A DNA stretch of 56,721 nt from an uncultured Spirochaetaceae bacterium (GCA_964554445.1 CAZKOS010000003.1:13399-70119), one strand, 5' to 3'; counted from the stretch's first letter, positions 24,842 through 34,538 are shown. Program-made: numbers and translations. Notes: generated by a model from the sequence alone, not told the origin.

Positions 24842-26719
24842 TTATACCCCCATCCGGTTGATGATGACGTCGAGCATCCGGTCGAATTCGGTCACGATTC
24901 TGGCCGAGGCGTTGTAACCGTGCTGGAACTTTATCATCTGGGTCATTTCTTCGTCGATATTGACGCCCGAAATCGATTCGCGGATATCGTGCAGGTTCTT
25001 CAACTCGAGCGCCTGCGTCTGGTTGTTCTTGAGGGCTTCCTGGCTGCGCGTGCCCATGGAGGCCACCAGGTCGGCGAAGTAGTCGTCGAAGGTGAGCTGC
25101 CCGCCCACCATGACCTGTTTCGTGCGCAGGTCGGCGATGGCCATTGCCGCGGCCCCGTCCTCGGGACCGTTCGATTCGCCGTTGGACCCGAAAGCGGAGG
25201 CGATGGCGGCCGGGTCGCGCGCCAGGGCGGGATTCACCGCGATCCAGGCCGAGGGATGCGCCAGCGGCGCGACGGCGAACTGCGTTCCGTTCGGGCGAAG
25301 GGCGGCCACGGCGTCGGCCTGGTTCCAATCGTAGGCCCCGGCCGGTCCGCTGGCGCGCAGGAGTCCCGCGTAACCGACCAGGAATTCGCCCGAATCCTCG
25401 ACGTGCCGGATGACGAAATCGGGATTCGCCTGATTTTCGCTGGGGACGGCCTTGAGGGAAAGCCGGCCGTCGCCGTTCAGGTGGGCGGTGACCTCGGCCC
25501 CGGAAAAGTTGATCCGCTGGATGACGTCGGCCACGGTATCGGTGGGGTAATACTCCACGGTGACGTCGCCGTCGGGACCGGGGAGCGTCATCCGGCCGGC
25601 GATCCCGATGAGCTCGTTTCCCTTGAGGCGGTTGGCGCCGGTGAGTCGGAACACGTACGTGGCGTCGAACGTTCCGTCGCCGTTCCGGTCGTAATTGCCG
25701 TTGACGTTGGCGACGTAAGGCACTTCCTTGAAGAAATCCTGGCCGGTCTTGCCGTTGATGCCGAACCCCTTGCGGTGCACCTCGTTCACGAGATCGACGA
25801 AATTCATGGCGAGCACGTCCATTTTCTGAATCTCGCCGCGGACGTCGATATCGCGGACGTCGAGCAGGGATTTCAGTTTTCCGCCGTGCAGGGCGACCTG
25901 TTCGTCCGTTCCCTTCCACACCACCTGACCGTATCCCTCGTTTTCGGGGGTGCGCCGGACCGCGAGCTCATTGAACACATGACCCTGGACGAGCATCCGC
26001 GAATTGGTAAAGACGATGAACTCGTCCGGATCGCTCCGAACGACGGAGATGTCGATGAGATTGCCGAGCTCCTCGACGAGCTTGTCCCTTTTATCGTACA
26101 GGTCGTTCGGGTTGTCCCCCAGCGCCTTTGCCTTTTCAATCTGATCGCTCAAGGAGGCGATGAGGCGGATTTTGGCGTTCACCTGGTCGACGGTCGCCGT
26201 CACGTCGCCGTCGATCATGTCTCCGATGTCGCGCAGTTTCCTGTAGGTGTTGTTGAGGCTGCCGACCAAAGACTTTCCCCGCTCGAGCACGACCCGGCGC
26301 GCCGCCATTTCCGACGGATGGGTCGAAAGTTCCTGCCAGGCCTCCCAGAACTGGTCCATGCGCGTCCGGACCGAGTTCTCCGTCGGCTCGTTGTACACCT
26401 CCGCCACCATTTTCAGGTAATTGTTCGACGAGTCCCAGTACCCGCCATTGCCCGCCTTGGAGATGATCTCGTCGTCCAGGAGAAGATTGCGCACCCGCTC
26501 CACGCGCTCCACCTCGACGCCCTGACCGATGTGGCCTTTGGTCATTTCCCGATTGAGCCCGGGCTGGTAAATGGGGTCGGACGCGGTCATGATCACGCGT
26601 TGCCGGGAATATCCGTCCACGCCGGCATTGCTCAAGTTGTGGCCGGTCGTGACGAATCCCTGCGTGTGCGCCAAGAGTCCGCGTTTTCCGAGTTCGATCC
26701 CGGTGAATGTCGAAAGCAT
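24842..26719 (-). CDS. flgK: flagellar hook-associated protein 1
   Basis: N-terminus LSTFTGIELGKRGLLAHTQGFVTTGHNLSNAGVDGYSRQRV and C-terminus VNIDEEMTQMIKFQHGYNASARIV. Confidence 0.9.
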   Translation of the reverse strand: MLSTFTGIELGKRGLLAHTQGFVTTGHNLSNAGVDGYSRQRVIMTASDPIYQPGLNREMTKGHIGQGVEVERVERVRNLLLDDEIISKAGNGGYWDSSNNYLKMVAEVYNEPTENSVRTRMDQFWEAWQELSTHPSEMAARRVVLERGKSLVGSLNNTYRKLRDIGDMIDGDVTATVDQVNAKIRLIASLSDQIEKAKALGDNPNDLYDKRDKLVEELGNLIDISVVRSDPDEFIVFTNSRMLVQGHVFNELAVRRTPENEGYGQVVWKGTDEQVALHGGKLKSLLDVRDIDVRGEIQKMDVLAMNFVDLVNEVHRKGFGINGKTGQDFFKEVPYVANVNGNYDRNGDGTFDATYVFRLTGANRLKGNELIGIAGRMTLPGPDGDVTVEYYPTDTVADVIQRINFSGAEVTAHLNGDGRLSLKAVPSENQANPDFVIRHVEDSGEFLVGYAGLLRASGPAGAYDWNQADAVAALRPNGTQFAVAPLAHPSAWIAVNPALARDPAAIASAFGSNGESNGPEDGAAAMAIADLRTKQVMVGGQLTFDDYFADLVASMGTRSQEALKNNQTQALELKNLHDIRESISGVNIDEEMTQMIKFQHGYNASARIVTEFDRMLDVIINRMGV

Positions 26720-26748
26720 CGTCTCCTCCCCGCCTTTCGCGAAAGCGA

Positions 26749-27240
26749 TTACATGCGCTTGTCGAGCACGAGCCGCTCGTCAATGGTACCGGTGGGCCGG
26801 CCGGTTTGAGAGTACAGTTTCCCCTTGCGATGCGGGAAAAGTTCACCCATGATTTTTTTGACTGTTTCCGAATATGATTGAAAGTAATAGCTCAGGCGCA
26901 GGGTGGCGCCTTTGACGGCGTACACCGCGAGCTTGAGCTTGCGGTAGGATTCGGTCAGCGCACGGCGCTTTTCCTCCGGTATGAAAGGGAGCAGCTTGAA
27001 AAAACCGGCGTCTTCCGGGATTCCCAATACGACTTTCAGCATCTGAAAGGACCGGACGCGGCCATCCTCGGCCCGGTCGACCAGCTCGCTTTTCTTGCGC
27101 AGCCTCACAATGGTGCTTTCGAGACCGTCCCACTTTCGTTCCACGACGAGTCGCTGCATCTCCTCCTCCATGCCGGCGAAAGAGATGAGATGTCCCGCCT
27201 CGTCCTTCATCGACTGGATGAAATTGTCCAATTCCTGCAT
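26749..27240 (-). CDS. FlgN-like flagellar chaperone candidate (hypothetical)
   Basis: ATG at 27240, 6 nt after AAGGAG. 163-aa helical protein immediately upstream of flgK, the position of yvyG/flgN in Bacillus and of a flagellar hypothetical in spirochetes. No strong motif. Confidence 0.45.
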   Translation of the reverse strand: MQELDNFIQSMKDEAGHLISFAGMEEEMQRLVVERKWDGLESTIVRLRKKSELVDRAEDGRVRSFQMLKVVLGIPEDAGFFKLLPFIPEEKRRALTESYRKLKLAVYAVKGATLRLSYYFQSYSETVKKIMGELFPHRKGKLYSQTGRPTGTIDERLVLDKRM

Positions 27241-27326
27241 GGTGCGCTCCTTGGCCGAGAGGCGCGTTGGCGGCCGAGCGCGGAAGGCGCGACTCCTCGG
27301 GTCATTCATAGGGTACTTCTAGTAGA

Positions 27327-27354
27327 ATTTCGGGAGATTCGCGCCAAGGCATTA
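27327..27354 (-). promoter_or_regulatory. weak sigma28-like promoter candidate upstream of the flgN-like gene
   Basis: - strand TAAT (27354-27351), 16 nt, CCCGAAAT (27334-27327), compared with consensus TAAA-N15-GCCGATAA. Imperfect match. Confidence 0.25.
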
Positions 27355-27500
27355 CCTGTTTCTTGAGAAAAAAGGAACCGCGCGGAAAAAGATTCGCTGG
27401 ATTGGATTTCGCCGTTTGAGCGCGATTTCCAGCCCCGTTCTCGGCGGTTTTCGTCATTGCGGACGGTTTTTGCGGAAAAATAAGGTGAATGCGCTCTCGT

Positions 27501-28799
27501 CTAGAGAAGCGTGGCGGCGAGCTCGGCCAATTCGCTGCGTTCGGATTTAAGAAGAGTGATATGGCCGTAGATCTTCTGACCCTTGAAAGCCTCCACCAGG
27601 TAGGAAAGCCCATTGGAATTCGAATCGAGGTACGGGCTGTCTATCTGGTAGGGATCTCCGGTGAGCACGACCTTCGTCCCCTTTCCCGCCCGGCTCACGA
27701 TGGTTTTGATTTCGTGCGGGGAAAGGTTCTGCGCCTCGTCGATGATGATGAATTGTTCGGGCAGGGAACGGCCGCGGATGTGGGAAAGCGCCTCGAGCTC
27801 GATGACGTTGTTGTCGAACAACTGCTCCATGTTCTTGAAGTTGGGCTTCCGGTAGGTGCTCAAGATGTATTCGAGATTGTCGAAGAGCGGCTGCATCCAG
27901 TGTGAGAGTTTTTCGCTCTTCGCCCCCGGCAGATAGCCGATGTCCTTGCCGACGGGTATGACCGGGCGCGAGACGAGCACCCGGGAGTACTTTTTTTCCT
28001 CGATCACCTTGAACAGGCCGGAGGCGATGGCGAGGAGCGTTTTCCCCGTGCCGGCCTTCCCCACCAGCGTGACGATCGACAAGGCGTCGTCGAGAAGGGC
28101 CTGGAAGGCCATGACCTGGCGTTCGTTGAGGGGAGAGATGCCGCAGGCGCCCGCCTTTTCGAAACTGATGTAGCGCACACCCCCCCGTTCGGCGTCATAC
28201 CGGGCGAGCTCCGGTTGTTCCGCCCCCTTGACGCGGAAACTCATGAATTCGTTGGGCAGAAGCTGCTCGTGCCAGGCCAGGAATCCCTCGGCTTTGAGCT
28301 GGGCGAGGTTTTCCGCGGAGAGTTCCGTTTCCCGGACGCCCCCGTACAGGCTTTCGATGTCGACTTTTTGTTTCTCGTAATCAACCGCCTTGATCCCGAG
28401 CGCGGTGGCCTTGACGCGGGCGTTGATGTCTTTGGAGACGAAGAAAACGCGTTTTCCCGACTTTTGCAGCGTGTAGGCGGCGAGGATGATGCGGTTGTCG
28501 GGGACGCCCGGGTCGAGCGTGAAGTCCTCGTCGGGAGCCCGCGCCGTTGAGAGCTCGACCCGCAGCAGGGAACCGTTCTCCATTTTCACCCCCTGCTTGA
28601 GGTCGCCGTGCTTGGCGAGCTCGGCGATCAGGCGGATGGCCCGCCGGGCGTTGCGGCCGCGTTCGTCGCTGTAGGACTTGAGCCGATCGAGCTCCTCGAG
28701 CACGGTGAGGGGGATGATGACTTCATTGTCGCGGAACGAAGCGATGCAGTCGTACTTGTGGATGAAGACATTGGTGTCAATGACGAATGATTTCATCAT
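27501..28799 (-). CDS. PIN domain + PhoH-like ATPase (YlaK-type)
   Basis: N-terminal PIN (FVIDTNVFIH, IPLTVLEELD). Walker A GKAGTGKTLLA, Walker B IIIDEAQN, and VLTGDPYQID. Confidence 0.85.
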   Translation of the reverse strand: MMKSFVIDTNVFIHKYDCIASFRDNEVIIPLTVLEELDRLKSYSDERGRNARRAIRLIAELAKHGDLKQGVKMENGSLLRVELSTARAPDEDFTLDPGVPDNRIILAAYTLQKSGKRVFFVSKDINARVKATALGIKAVDYEKQKVDIESLYGGVRETELSAENLAQLKAEGFLAWHEQLLPNEFMSFRVKGAEQPELARYDAERGGVRYISFEKAGACGISPLNERQVMAFQALLDDALSIVTLVGKAGTGKTLLAIASGLFKVIEEKKYSRVLVSRPVIPVGKDIGYLPGAKSEKLSHWMQPLFDNLEYILSTYRKPNFKNMEQLFDNNVIELEALSHIRGRSLPEQFIIIDEAQNLSPHEIKTIVSRAGKGTKVVLTGDPYQIDSPYLDSNSNGLSYLVEAFKGQKIYGHITLLKSERSELAELAATLL

Positions 28800-28999
28800 G
28801 CGTTGGTTCCTTTACGGTCGGCGGCGGTTCGGCACCAAAGCTTAAAACAATTCATGGACAAATGCAAGAAGAGAGGTGCCGGAAACGTCGATTCTTTCTT
28901 CGCCCTTTACCGGAACGCGGAGACTCCGTGTCCCGCCTGAAGCGAAGGCCGAGAGGGATTGAAATTTCATTTATTCGGCTGGGTCAAAACTAGTCATTC

Positions 29000-29665
29000 T
29001 CACGAACGCGTGAGAAGCGAGGTGAGAAAATCTCTCAGCTGCGGGTAGCGGGTGAACGTATAATCCGCCTTGCTGTCGCGGACCCGGCGGGAGGAGAAAT
29101 ATCCCGTTTTCATCCCCATCCGGTGCGCCCCGATCACGTCATACTCGTAGTTGTTGCCGATGTAGATGGTTTCGTGCGGCTTGACGCCGAGGGCGTTCAG
29201 CATGCGCTCGAACGGGGCGGGATGCGGCTTCAGGTACCCGGTTTCCTCGGACGTGGACGCGTAATCCCAGAGATGCTTCATCCCGAGGTAGTCGAGTTTT
29301 TTCATGAGCGGCAAATCGGAGAGCACGGCGGTCCGGAATCCGGCGGCCCGGAGGCGCGCGATGATTTCGCGCAGGCCCCGGAAGGGACGCATGGCGCCGA
29401 TCGCGTTCAGCCATTCCCCGTAGATGACCCGATCGATGCGGTCGGCCACCCGGGCGACGTCCTGTCCGAGATACGACGCGACGAGCTCCGCCTGCTTCGA
29501 CCGGTAGTCGACGATCGGGTTGATCGAACGAATTTCCCTGCGCACGCGGCTGTAATAATAGATGAGGCGCGCGTGCCGCGCAAACACGCGGAGCGAGGGC
29601 AGGAGAATGCGGTATTCGGGATACAGGGTCCCGTCGAGATCGAAGGTGACTGCTTTTACATCCAT
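29000..29665 (-). CDS. HAD-superfamily hydrolase
   Basis: Motif I FDLDGTLY, motif II AVLSD, motif IV-like YIGNNYEYDV. 221 aa. Confidence 0.8.
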   Translation of the reverse strand: MDVKAVTFDLDGTLYPEYRILLPSLRVFARHARLIYYYSRVRREIRSINPIVDYRSKQAELVASYLGQDVARVADRIDRVIYGEWLNAIGAMRPFRGLREIIARLRAAGFRTAVLSDLPLMKKLDYLGMKHLWDYASTSEETGYLKPHPAPFERMLNALGVKPHETIYIGNNYEYDVIGAHRMGMKTGYFSSRRVRDSKADYTFTRYPQLRDFLTSLLTRS

Positions 29666-29772
29666 ATTTTTTCACGCGTCGGAGCGGCCGTTTTCGCCCG
29701 GCGGGTCGACTGCCCCCCGCGTCGAATATGTTCGTCTCCGGCTACGGAAAGAACATAGTATATGCCGGCGGA

Positions 29773-31056
29773 TTATTCAATATGAAAGAGTGAAAAATCG
29801 GAATTCGTGTCGAACCGGACCAGGTGTACGAAGGTCGAGGGATAGCGGGAGATAAAACGGAAAATATCCTGGTCTTTGTGCTGGTCCATGACGGCGACGT
29901 GAAAGCGGCCGTTGCCGTCGAAATAGGGAAAAAAGGCGGCGACGTGGAAATACTCGACCAGGACGGGATTGGGCCGGTAAATGTCATTGACCGCGCCCAG
30001 ATACGCCATGCCCGGCTCGTCGACGGCCAGGAAATACAGGATCTGGTACAGATCGGCCATCCGGTACCCGCTGTCTTCCTCGTAACTGAAAAACGGCACC
30101 TGCCGGACGTCGCAGGATTCGATGTCGGGACGTTCGCCGGTCCGGGCGCTTTTCAACGCGACGGCGAGATTTCTGGTCCAATCGAGCCCGAAGTACGGAT
30201 CGCGGGCCGTCTCGCGCAGATCGCTCCAACGGTTTCCGCGCCGCTCCAGATGTTTGGTTTTCAAGAGGTCGATATCGGTATATCCGCCGGTAAGGGGGAA
30301 ATAAAAGCCGTCGACGATCCATTTCGCGAAACCGGAACAGTTGAGCCCTTTCGTCCCCCGTTGCGGGAGGCCGTCGGCGATCAATACGAACCGGCCGTGG
30401 CGATCCAGGGCGCCGTCGGCGGTTTCCCGCACGGTGGGAAGCTCGCGCGCGATCGCCCGCACGACGGATTCCACCCGACGGTCCTCGGGGCGGCCGCCGT
30501 GGAAAAAGAGCCGCGGCCAGTCGACCCTGCCCCGGGTCATGTCGAGGAGCGACGACAGGGGGGAGGTAATGATTTTTTCCAGCGGCATGGGGAGCGGCAG
30601 GTCGCGGTAGATTTTGCGGCCGAACAGAAATACGTCGAGGGTCGACTCCGAACCGCGCGGCCTGACCTGCAGGTAGCAAAACCCCTCGTCGCGGAAAAAA
30701 ATCTTCACCGATTCGAACCGCAGGGTGTCGCGGCTGCGTTTGATAAGGTAATTGCCCTTCCCGGCTTCCGGGTAACCCGCGGCCGTGACGTTTATGAAAA
30801 GGAAAAAGACGGCGTCGTTCGTAAAAATAATCTTCATTCGCCCCGACGGTTCCCCGCCGAAGGCCGGGTATTCGTAAACTCCGGCCCGGAGATCCTCGGC
30901 CGGCTTGACGAGCTCGTCTTTCAACGCGTATCTGACGTCGGCGTTCTCGATCATGCCGCCCGCGGCGATGATGTGCGACATGCGGCTTTCAGCCGGGGCG
31001 AGCGCGGAACCGGCGAGGAAAAACAGGGAAAGACGAAGACAATCGGATATTTTCAT
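29773..31056 (-). CDS. exported hypothetical protein with NlpC/P60-like Cys/His motifs
   Basis: Signal peptide MKISDCLRLSLFFLAGSALA. GLNCSGFAKWIVDGFYFPLTG (Cys240, codon 30337-30339) resembles the DCSGF catalytic motif. Downstream: FHVAAFFPYFDGNGRFHVAV. Confidence 0.55.
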   Translation of the reverse strand: MKISDCLRLSLFFLAGSALAPAESRMSHIIAAGGMIENADVRYALKDELVKPAEDLRAGVYEYPAFGGEPSGRMKIIFTNDAVFFLFINVTAAGYPEAGKGNYLIKRSRDTLRFESVKIFFRDEGFCYLQVRPRGSESTLDVFLFGRKIYRDLPLPMPLEKIITSPLSSLLDMTRGRVDWPRLFFHGGRPEDRRVESVVRAIARELPTVRETADGALDRHGRFVLIADGLPQRGTKGLNCSGFAKWIVDGFYFPLTGGYTDIDLLKTKHLERRGNRWSDLRETARDPYFGLDWTRNLAVALKSARTGERPDIESCDVRQVPFFSYEEDSGYRMADLYQILYFLAVDEPGMAYLGAVNDIYRPNPVLVEYFHVAAFFPYFDGNGRFHVAVMDQHKDQDIFRFISRYPSTFVHLVRFDTNSDFSLFHIE

Positions 31057-31139
31057 ACGCGCCCTACATTCAAAATATCGTCACCGCGGTCCGAAAAAAG
31101 AAGGGCCGCCGACCGGAAAAGGGGTGAGTCGAAACGGGG

Positions 31140-31469
31140 TCAGGGTTGCTGTTCGGGCTTCTCATCATTGACGCGCGTGAGAATGTCGAGGAGCTCCCCC
31201 CTGATCTCCTGGACCGAGAGTTTCATGTCGATTTCCCGGCCGTCGATTTCCTCCCAGATTCTTTGTTTGGCGCCTTCCAGGGTGAGACGTTTTTCGTGCA
31301 GCAGGTATTTCAGGCGGAAGAGCAGCTGGATTTCACGCTCGGTATAGACGCGGCGGCCGGCGAGGCTCCGTTTCGGCTTCGCAAACGGGAATTCCCTTTC
31401 CCAGTACCGCAGAACGTGCGGTTTCAGGTTGAGGAGCCTTCCGACTTCGCCGATGGTATACTGCTTCAT
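31140..31469 (-). CDS. MerR-family HTH transcriptional regulator (short, no obvious effector domain)
   Basis: MKQYTIGEVGRLLNLKPHVLRYWEREF...RSLAGRRVYTEREIQLLFRLKYLL is a MerR-type winged HTH. ATG at 31469 overlaps the der stop (ATGA). The track ORF start at 31688 lies inside der. Confidence 0.75.
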   Translation of the reverse strand: MKQYTIGEVGRLLNLKPHVLRYWEREFPFAKPKRSLAGRRVYTEREIQLLFRLKYLLHEKRLTLEGAKQRIWEEIDGREIDMKLSVQEIRGELLDILTRVNDEKPEQQP

Positions 31470-32815
31470 GTCCTTGACGAGGCGGCTTTCCGGATCTCGA
31501 TCTGGATCGGCACGTGGCGGAAACCGAAATCCTCGCGCAACCGGTTTGTGAGGTACTGGGCGTAGGACTGGGGAAAACTGCGCCGCGAGTTCACGAACAC
31601 GACGAACCGGGCGGGGCGGGTGCCCGTCTGGGTCATGTAGCGGATGCGGACGTTCGTTTTCAACGGGAGGCTGAATCTCGTTTTCCAACTTTCGAGCGCG
31701 CGGTTGAGCTCTCCGGTTTCAACCCGTTTATCCATTTCCCGGTCGACCGTGATCGCCGTCGCCAGAAGCTTCTCGACCCCCTCCCCCGTTTTGGCTGAAA
31801 GGGGCAGGAGCGGCAGGTGCTCGGCCGCGGGAAAGAGAAACTCGATCCGGTCGCGGACGGCCCGCAGCCGGTTGGGAACTTTTTCCAGCATATCCCACTT
31901 GTTCATGGCGAGAATGAGTCCCTTTCCGCGCTTCATCACCAGCCCGGCGATTTTTTTGTCCTGTTCGCTCACGTCGACGAGGGCGTCGATGAGAAGGACG
32001 ACGACGTCGCTTTCCTCGATGGTCTTGATCGCGCGGTTGACCGAATAATATTCGAGCGCGTCTTCGATCCTGTTTTTACGGCGGATGCCGGCGGTATCGA
32101 GGATGCGGAGAGTCTTTTTCCGGAAGGTGAAATAACCTTCAATGACGTCCCGGGTGGTTCCCGGAACGTCGGAGACGATGGATTTCTCAAGGCCGAGGAC
32201 GGTGTTGAGCAGAGTCGACTTGCCGGTGTTCGGCCGGCCCAACAGGGAAAGGCACAGCGCGGCTTCCGGCCGTGAGGCGGCCGTCCCGGCGGGGGCCGCG
32301 TGCTCGGTGAAAAACGATTCGATCTCCCGCGCGAGCGCCTGAATATTGCGCCCGTGTTCCGCCGATACGCCGACGACACGCTTGAATCCGAACTCGTGTT
32401 TCTCGTGAAGCAGTATCTCCTTGGCGGCGGTGTCCATTTTATTCGCCACGAGAATAACCCTGTCGCGAAAGGGGTGGAGCCGGTTCAGGAATTCCTCGTC
32501 CTCCTGGGTCGTCTCCTCGATATCGACGACGAAGAGGATGAGATCGGCGGAGGCGATCGAGGAAAACGTTTTTTCCCGGACCTGTTTCTGGAGGGCGTCG
32601 GGGTCGAGCGAGAAGCCGCCCGTGTCCACCAGGACCACGTTCCGCCCGTTGAGCCGGCAGAGGGCTTCCACCGGATCGCGGGTGACTCCCGGGGTGGGAT
32701 CGGTCACGGCGCGCCGCTTGAGGAGCAGCCGGTTGAAGAGGGTGGATTTGCCGGTATTGGTCCTCCCGAGGATGACGACGCGCGGGGCGTCGGATTCAGT
32801 ACGTGACCACGGCAA
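31466..32815 (-). CDS. der: ribosome-associated GTPase Der/EngA
   Basis: Two GTPase domains: GRTNTGKSTLFN...DTGG...NKMD and GRPNTGKSTLLN...DTAG...NKWD, plus a KH-like C-terminus. Confidence 0.95.
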   Translation of the reverse strand: MPWSRTESDAPRVVILGRTNTGKSTLFNRLLLKRRAVTDPTPGVTRDPVEALCRLNGRNVVLVDTGGFSLDPDALQKQVREKTFSSIASADLILFVVDIEETTQEDEEFLNRLHPFRDRVILVANKMDTAAKEILLHEKHEFGFKRVVGVSAEHGRNIQALAREIESFFTEHAAPAGTAASRPEAALCLSLLGRPNTGKSTLLNTVLGLEKSIVSDVPGTTRDVIEGYFTFRKKTLRILDTAGIRRKNRIEDALEYYSVNRAIKTIEESDVVVLLIDALVDVSEQDKKIAGLVMKRGKGLILAMNKWDMLEKVPNRLRAVRDRIEFLFPAAEHLPLLPLSAKTGEGVEKLLATAITVDREMDKRVETGELNRALESWKTRFSLPLKTNVRIRYMTQTGTRPARFVVFVNSRRSFPQSYAQYLTNRLREDFGFRHVPIQIEIRKAASSRT

Positions 32816-34538
32816 GTCGGGCCTCCATCCAATCCCTCACGTACTCGTCTATTTCCTGGGAGAACTTCATCTTGAGAATCGCCTCGACCACCTCTTCCGT
32901 CTCCCGGAAATTCACGTTGCGGATGATGTTCTTAATTTCGGGGATGCTGAACGAGCTCATGCTGAACTGGTCGAGGTGGAGGCCGAGGAGGACGACGGCG
33001 GCGTGCGGATCGCCCGCCATTTCACCGCACATGCTCACCGGGATGCCCGCCTCGTGCGCGTTGTCGATGATCATTTTGACGAGGCGCAGAACGCCGGGGT
33101 GGAACGGCTCGTAGAGGTAGGCGATTTTCTCATTGCTGCGGTCGACCGCGATCGTATACTGGATGAGATCGTTGGTGCCGATCGAAAAAAAGTCGACTTT
33201 CCTGGCGAGGATTTCCGACGTCAGGGCGGCCGAGGGCACCTCGATCATGGCGCCGACCGGGATGTCCTTGCGGAACTCGGTCTTCTCCTTTTTCAGCTCG
33301 TGTTTGACCTGATCGAGCACGTCGAGGACCTTGAGGAGCTCCTCGATCCCCGAGATCATGGGAAACATGATTTCGAGGTTGCCGTGGACGGAGGCGCGGA
33401 ACATCGCCCGCAGCTGGGCCTTGAACACGTCGGGCTTGGCCAGGCAGTAGCGTACGGCGCGCCACCCCAGGATGGGATTGTCCTCCGCCTCGATTTTCTG
33501 GCCGGGGACCATTTTTTCGCCTCCCAGATCCAGGGTCCTGATCGTCACCTTTTTTCCCTTCATCCGTTCGAGGACGTATTTATACGTGCGGTACTGCTCC
33601 TCCTCCGTGGGAACGGACGGCGAACGCATGAACAGGAATTCCGAACGGAAGAGCCCGATGCCGTCGGCGCCGTGTTTGATAACCGCGTCGACCTCCTCGG
33701 CGACCTCGATATTGGCCGACAGCGCGATCATCTTTCCGTCGCGCGTTTCCGCTTTCAGTTTTTTGAGCTCCTCGAGCTTTTTCTCGTGGCGGTGCCACTT
33801 GACGAGGGTCGTGTGATAGGCGGTTTTCATTTCGGCGGCCGGCTGGACGACGACGACGCCGCGGTTGCCGTCGATGATGATGTCGTCCCCCTCGGCGGCC
33901 TGCAGGCTGATCTCGGACAACCCCATGACCGTCGGGATATTGAAGGAGCGGGCGATGATGGCGGTATGCGAGGTCTTGCTTCCCAGATCGACCGCGATGC
34001 CCCGCACCATTTTCTTGTTCATGCCGATCGCGTCGGAGGGCAGCAGGTTGTGGGCGACGATGATCACTTCCTCCGCGAGGTCGGCGAGCGAAACCCGTTC
34101 CCGCAGGAGGAGGTGGCGCATGACGCGCCGTGAGACGTCGTGGATGTCGAGGCTTCGGGCGCGGATATATTCATCCGATGATTCGTTTATTTTTTTCGTC
34201 AGTTCCTCTATTACCTGCAGCAGAATCCATTCCACGTTCATTTTGCTGTCATGTACTTTTTTGACGATGTCGCCAGTGAATTCCGCGTCACTCAGCATGG
34301 TAATGTGGGAGTCGAGAAGCTGTTTTTCCTGCTCTCCCATTTCTGTCGCGCTTTTCTCCTGCAAGCGCCTGATTTCTTCTATGGCGTTGCCAATGGCGCC
34401 CGAAAAGCGTGTGATTTCAGCCTTGACGTCTTTCGCTTGGATGGTATAGCGCGGGATCGAATATTTCTCTTCCTTGAGCAAAAACACTTTTCCCAGGGCG
34501 ATTCCCGGCGAAACGCTGATACCTTTGAATTCTTTCAT
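32796..34538 (-). CDS. ptsI: phosphoenolpyruvate-protein phosphotransferase (PTS enzyme I)
   Basis: MKEFKGISVSPGIALGKVF, phospho-His region GSKTSHTAIIARSFNIPTV, GLFRSEFLFM, and FFSIGTNDLIQYT. Alternative ATG at 34547. The 3' end overlaps the der start by 20 nt. Confidence 0.9.
   Translation of the reverse strand: MKEFKGISVSPGIALGKVFLLKEEKYSIPRYTIQAKDVKAEITRFSGAIGNAIEEIRRLQEKSATEMGEQEKQLLDSHITMLSDAEFTGDIVKKVHDSKMNVEWILLQVIEELTKKINESSDEYIRARSLDIHDVSRRVMRHLLLRERVSLADLAEEVIIVAHNLLPSDAIGMNKKMVRGIAVDLGSKTSHTAIIARSFNIPTVMGLSEISLQAAEGDDIIIDGNRGVVVVQPAAEMKTAYHTTLVKWHRHEKKLEELKKLKAETRDGKMIALSANIEVAEEVDAVIKHGADGIGLFRSEFLFMRSPSVPTEEEQYRTYKYVLERMKGKKVTIRTLDLGGEKMVPGQKIEAEDNPILGWRAVRYCLAKPDVFKAQLRAMFRASVHGNLEIMFPMISGIEELLKVLDVLDQVKHELKKEKTEFRKDIPVGAMIEVPSAALTSEILARKVDFFSIGTNDLIQYTIAVDRSNEKIAYLYEPFHPGVLRLVKMIIDNAHEAGIPVSMCGEMAGDPHAAVVLLGLHLDQFSMSSFSIPEIKNIIRNVNFRETEEVVEAILKMKFSQEIDEYVRDWMEARLAVVTY

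Noticed and set aside
27302-27613. ORF 27302-27613 (-), or its internal 51-codon version starting at 27457, as a missing flgM/anti-sigma factor upstream of the flgN-like gene.
   Set aside because: The long version overlaps the phoH-like 3' end. The short version has no SD (ccgtccgcaATG). Its sequence (MTKTAENGAGNRAQTAKSNPANLFPRGSFFLKK...) shows no FlgM-like C-terminal helices. Too weak to call.
31470-31688. The N-terminal 73-aa extension of the MerR ORF (track start 31688). Similar upstream extensions exist for the rplI, rpsF, rplF, rpmC, frr, uppS, cdsA and flgN-like ORFs.
   Set aside because: The extensions overlap the preceding gene or lack an SD. Internal ATGs are preceded by GGAGG-type SD sequences or by ATGA/TAATG coupling, and give canonical protein N-termini.
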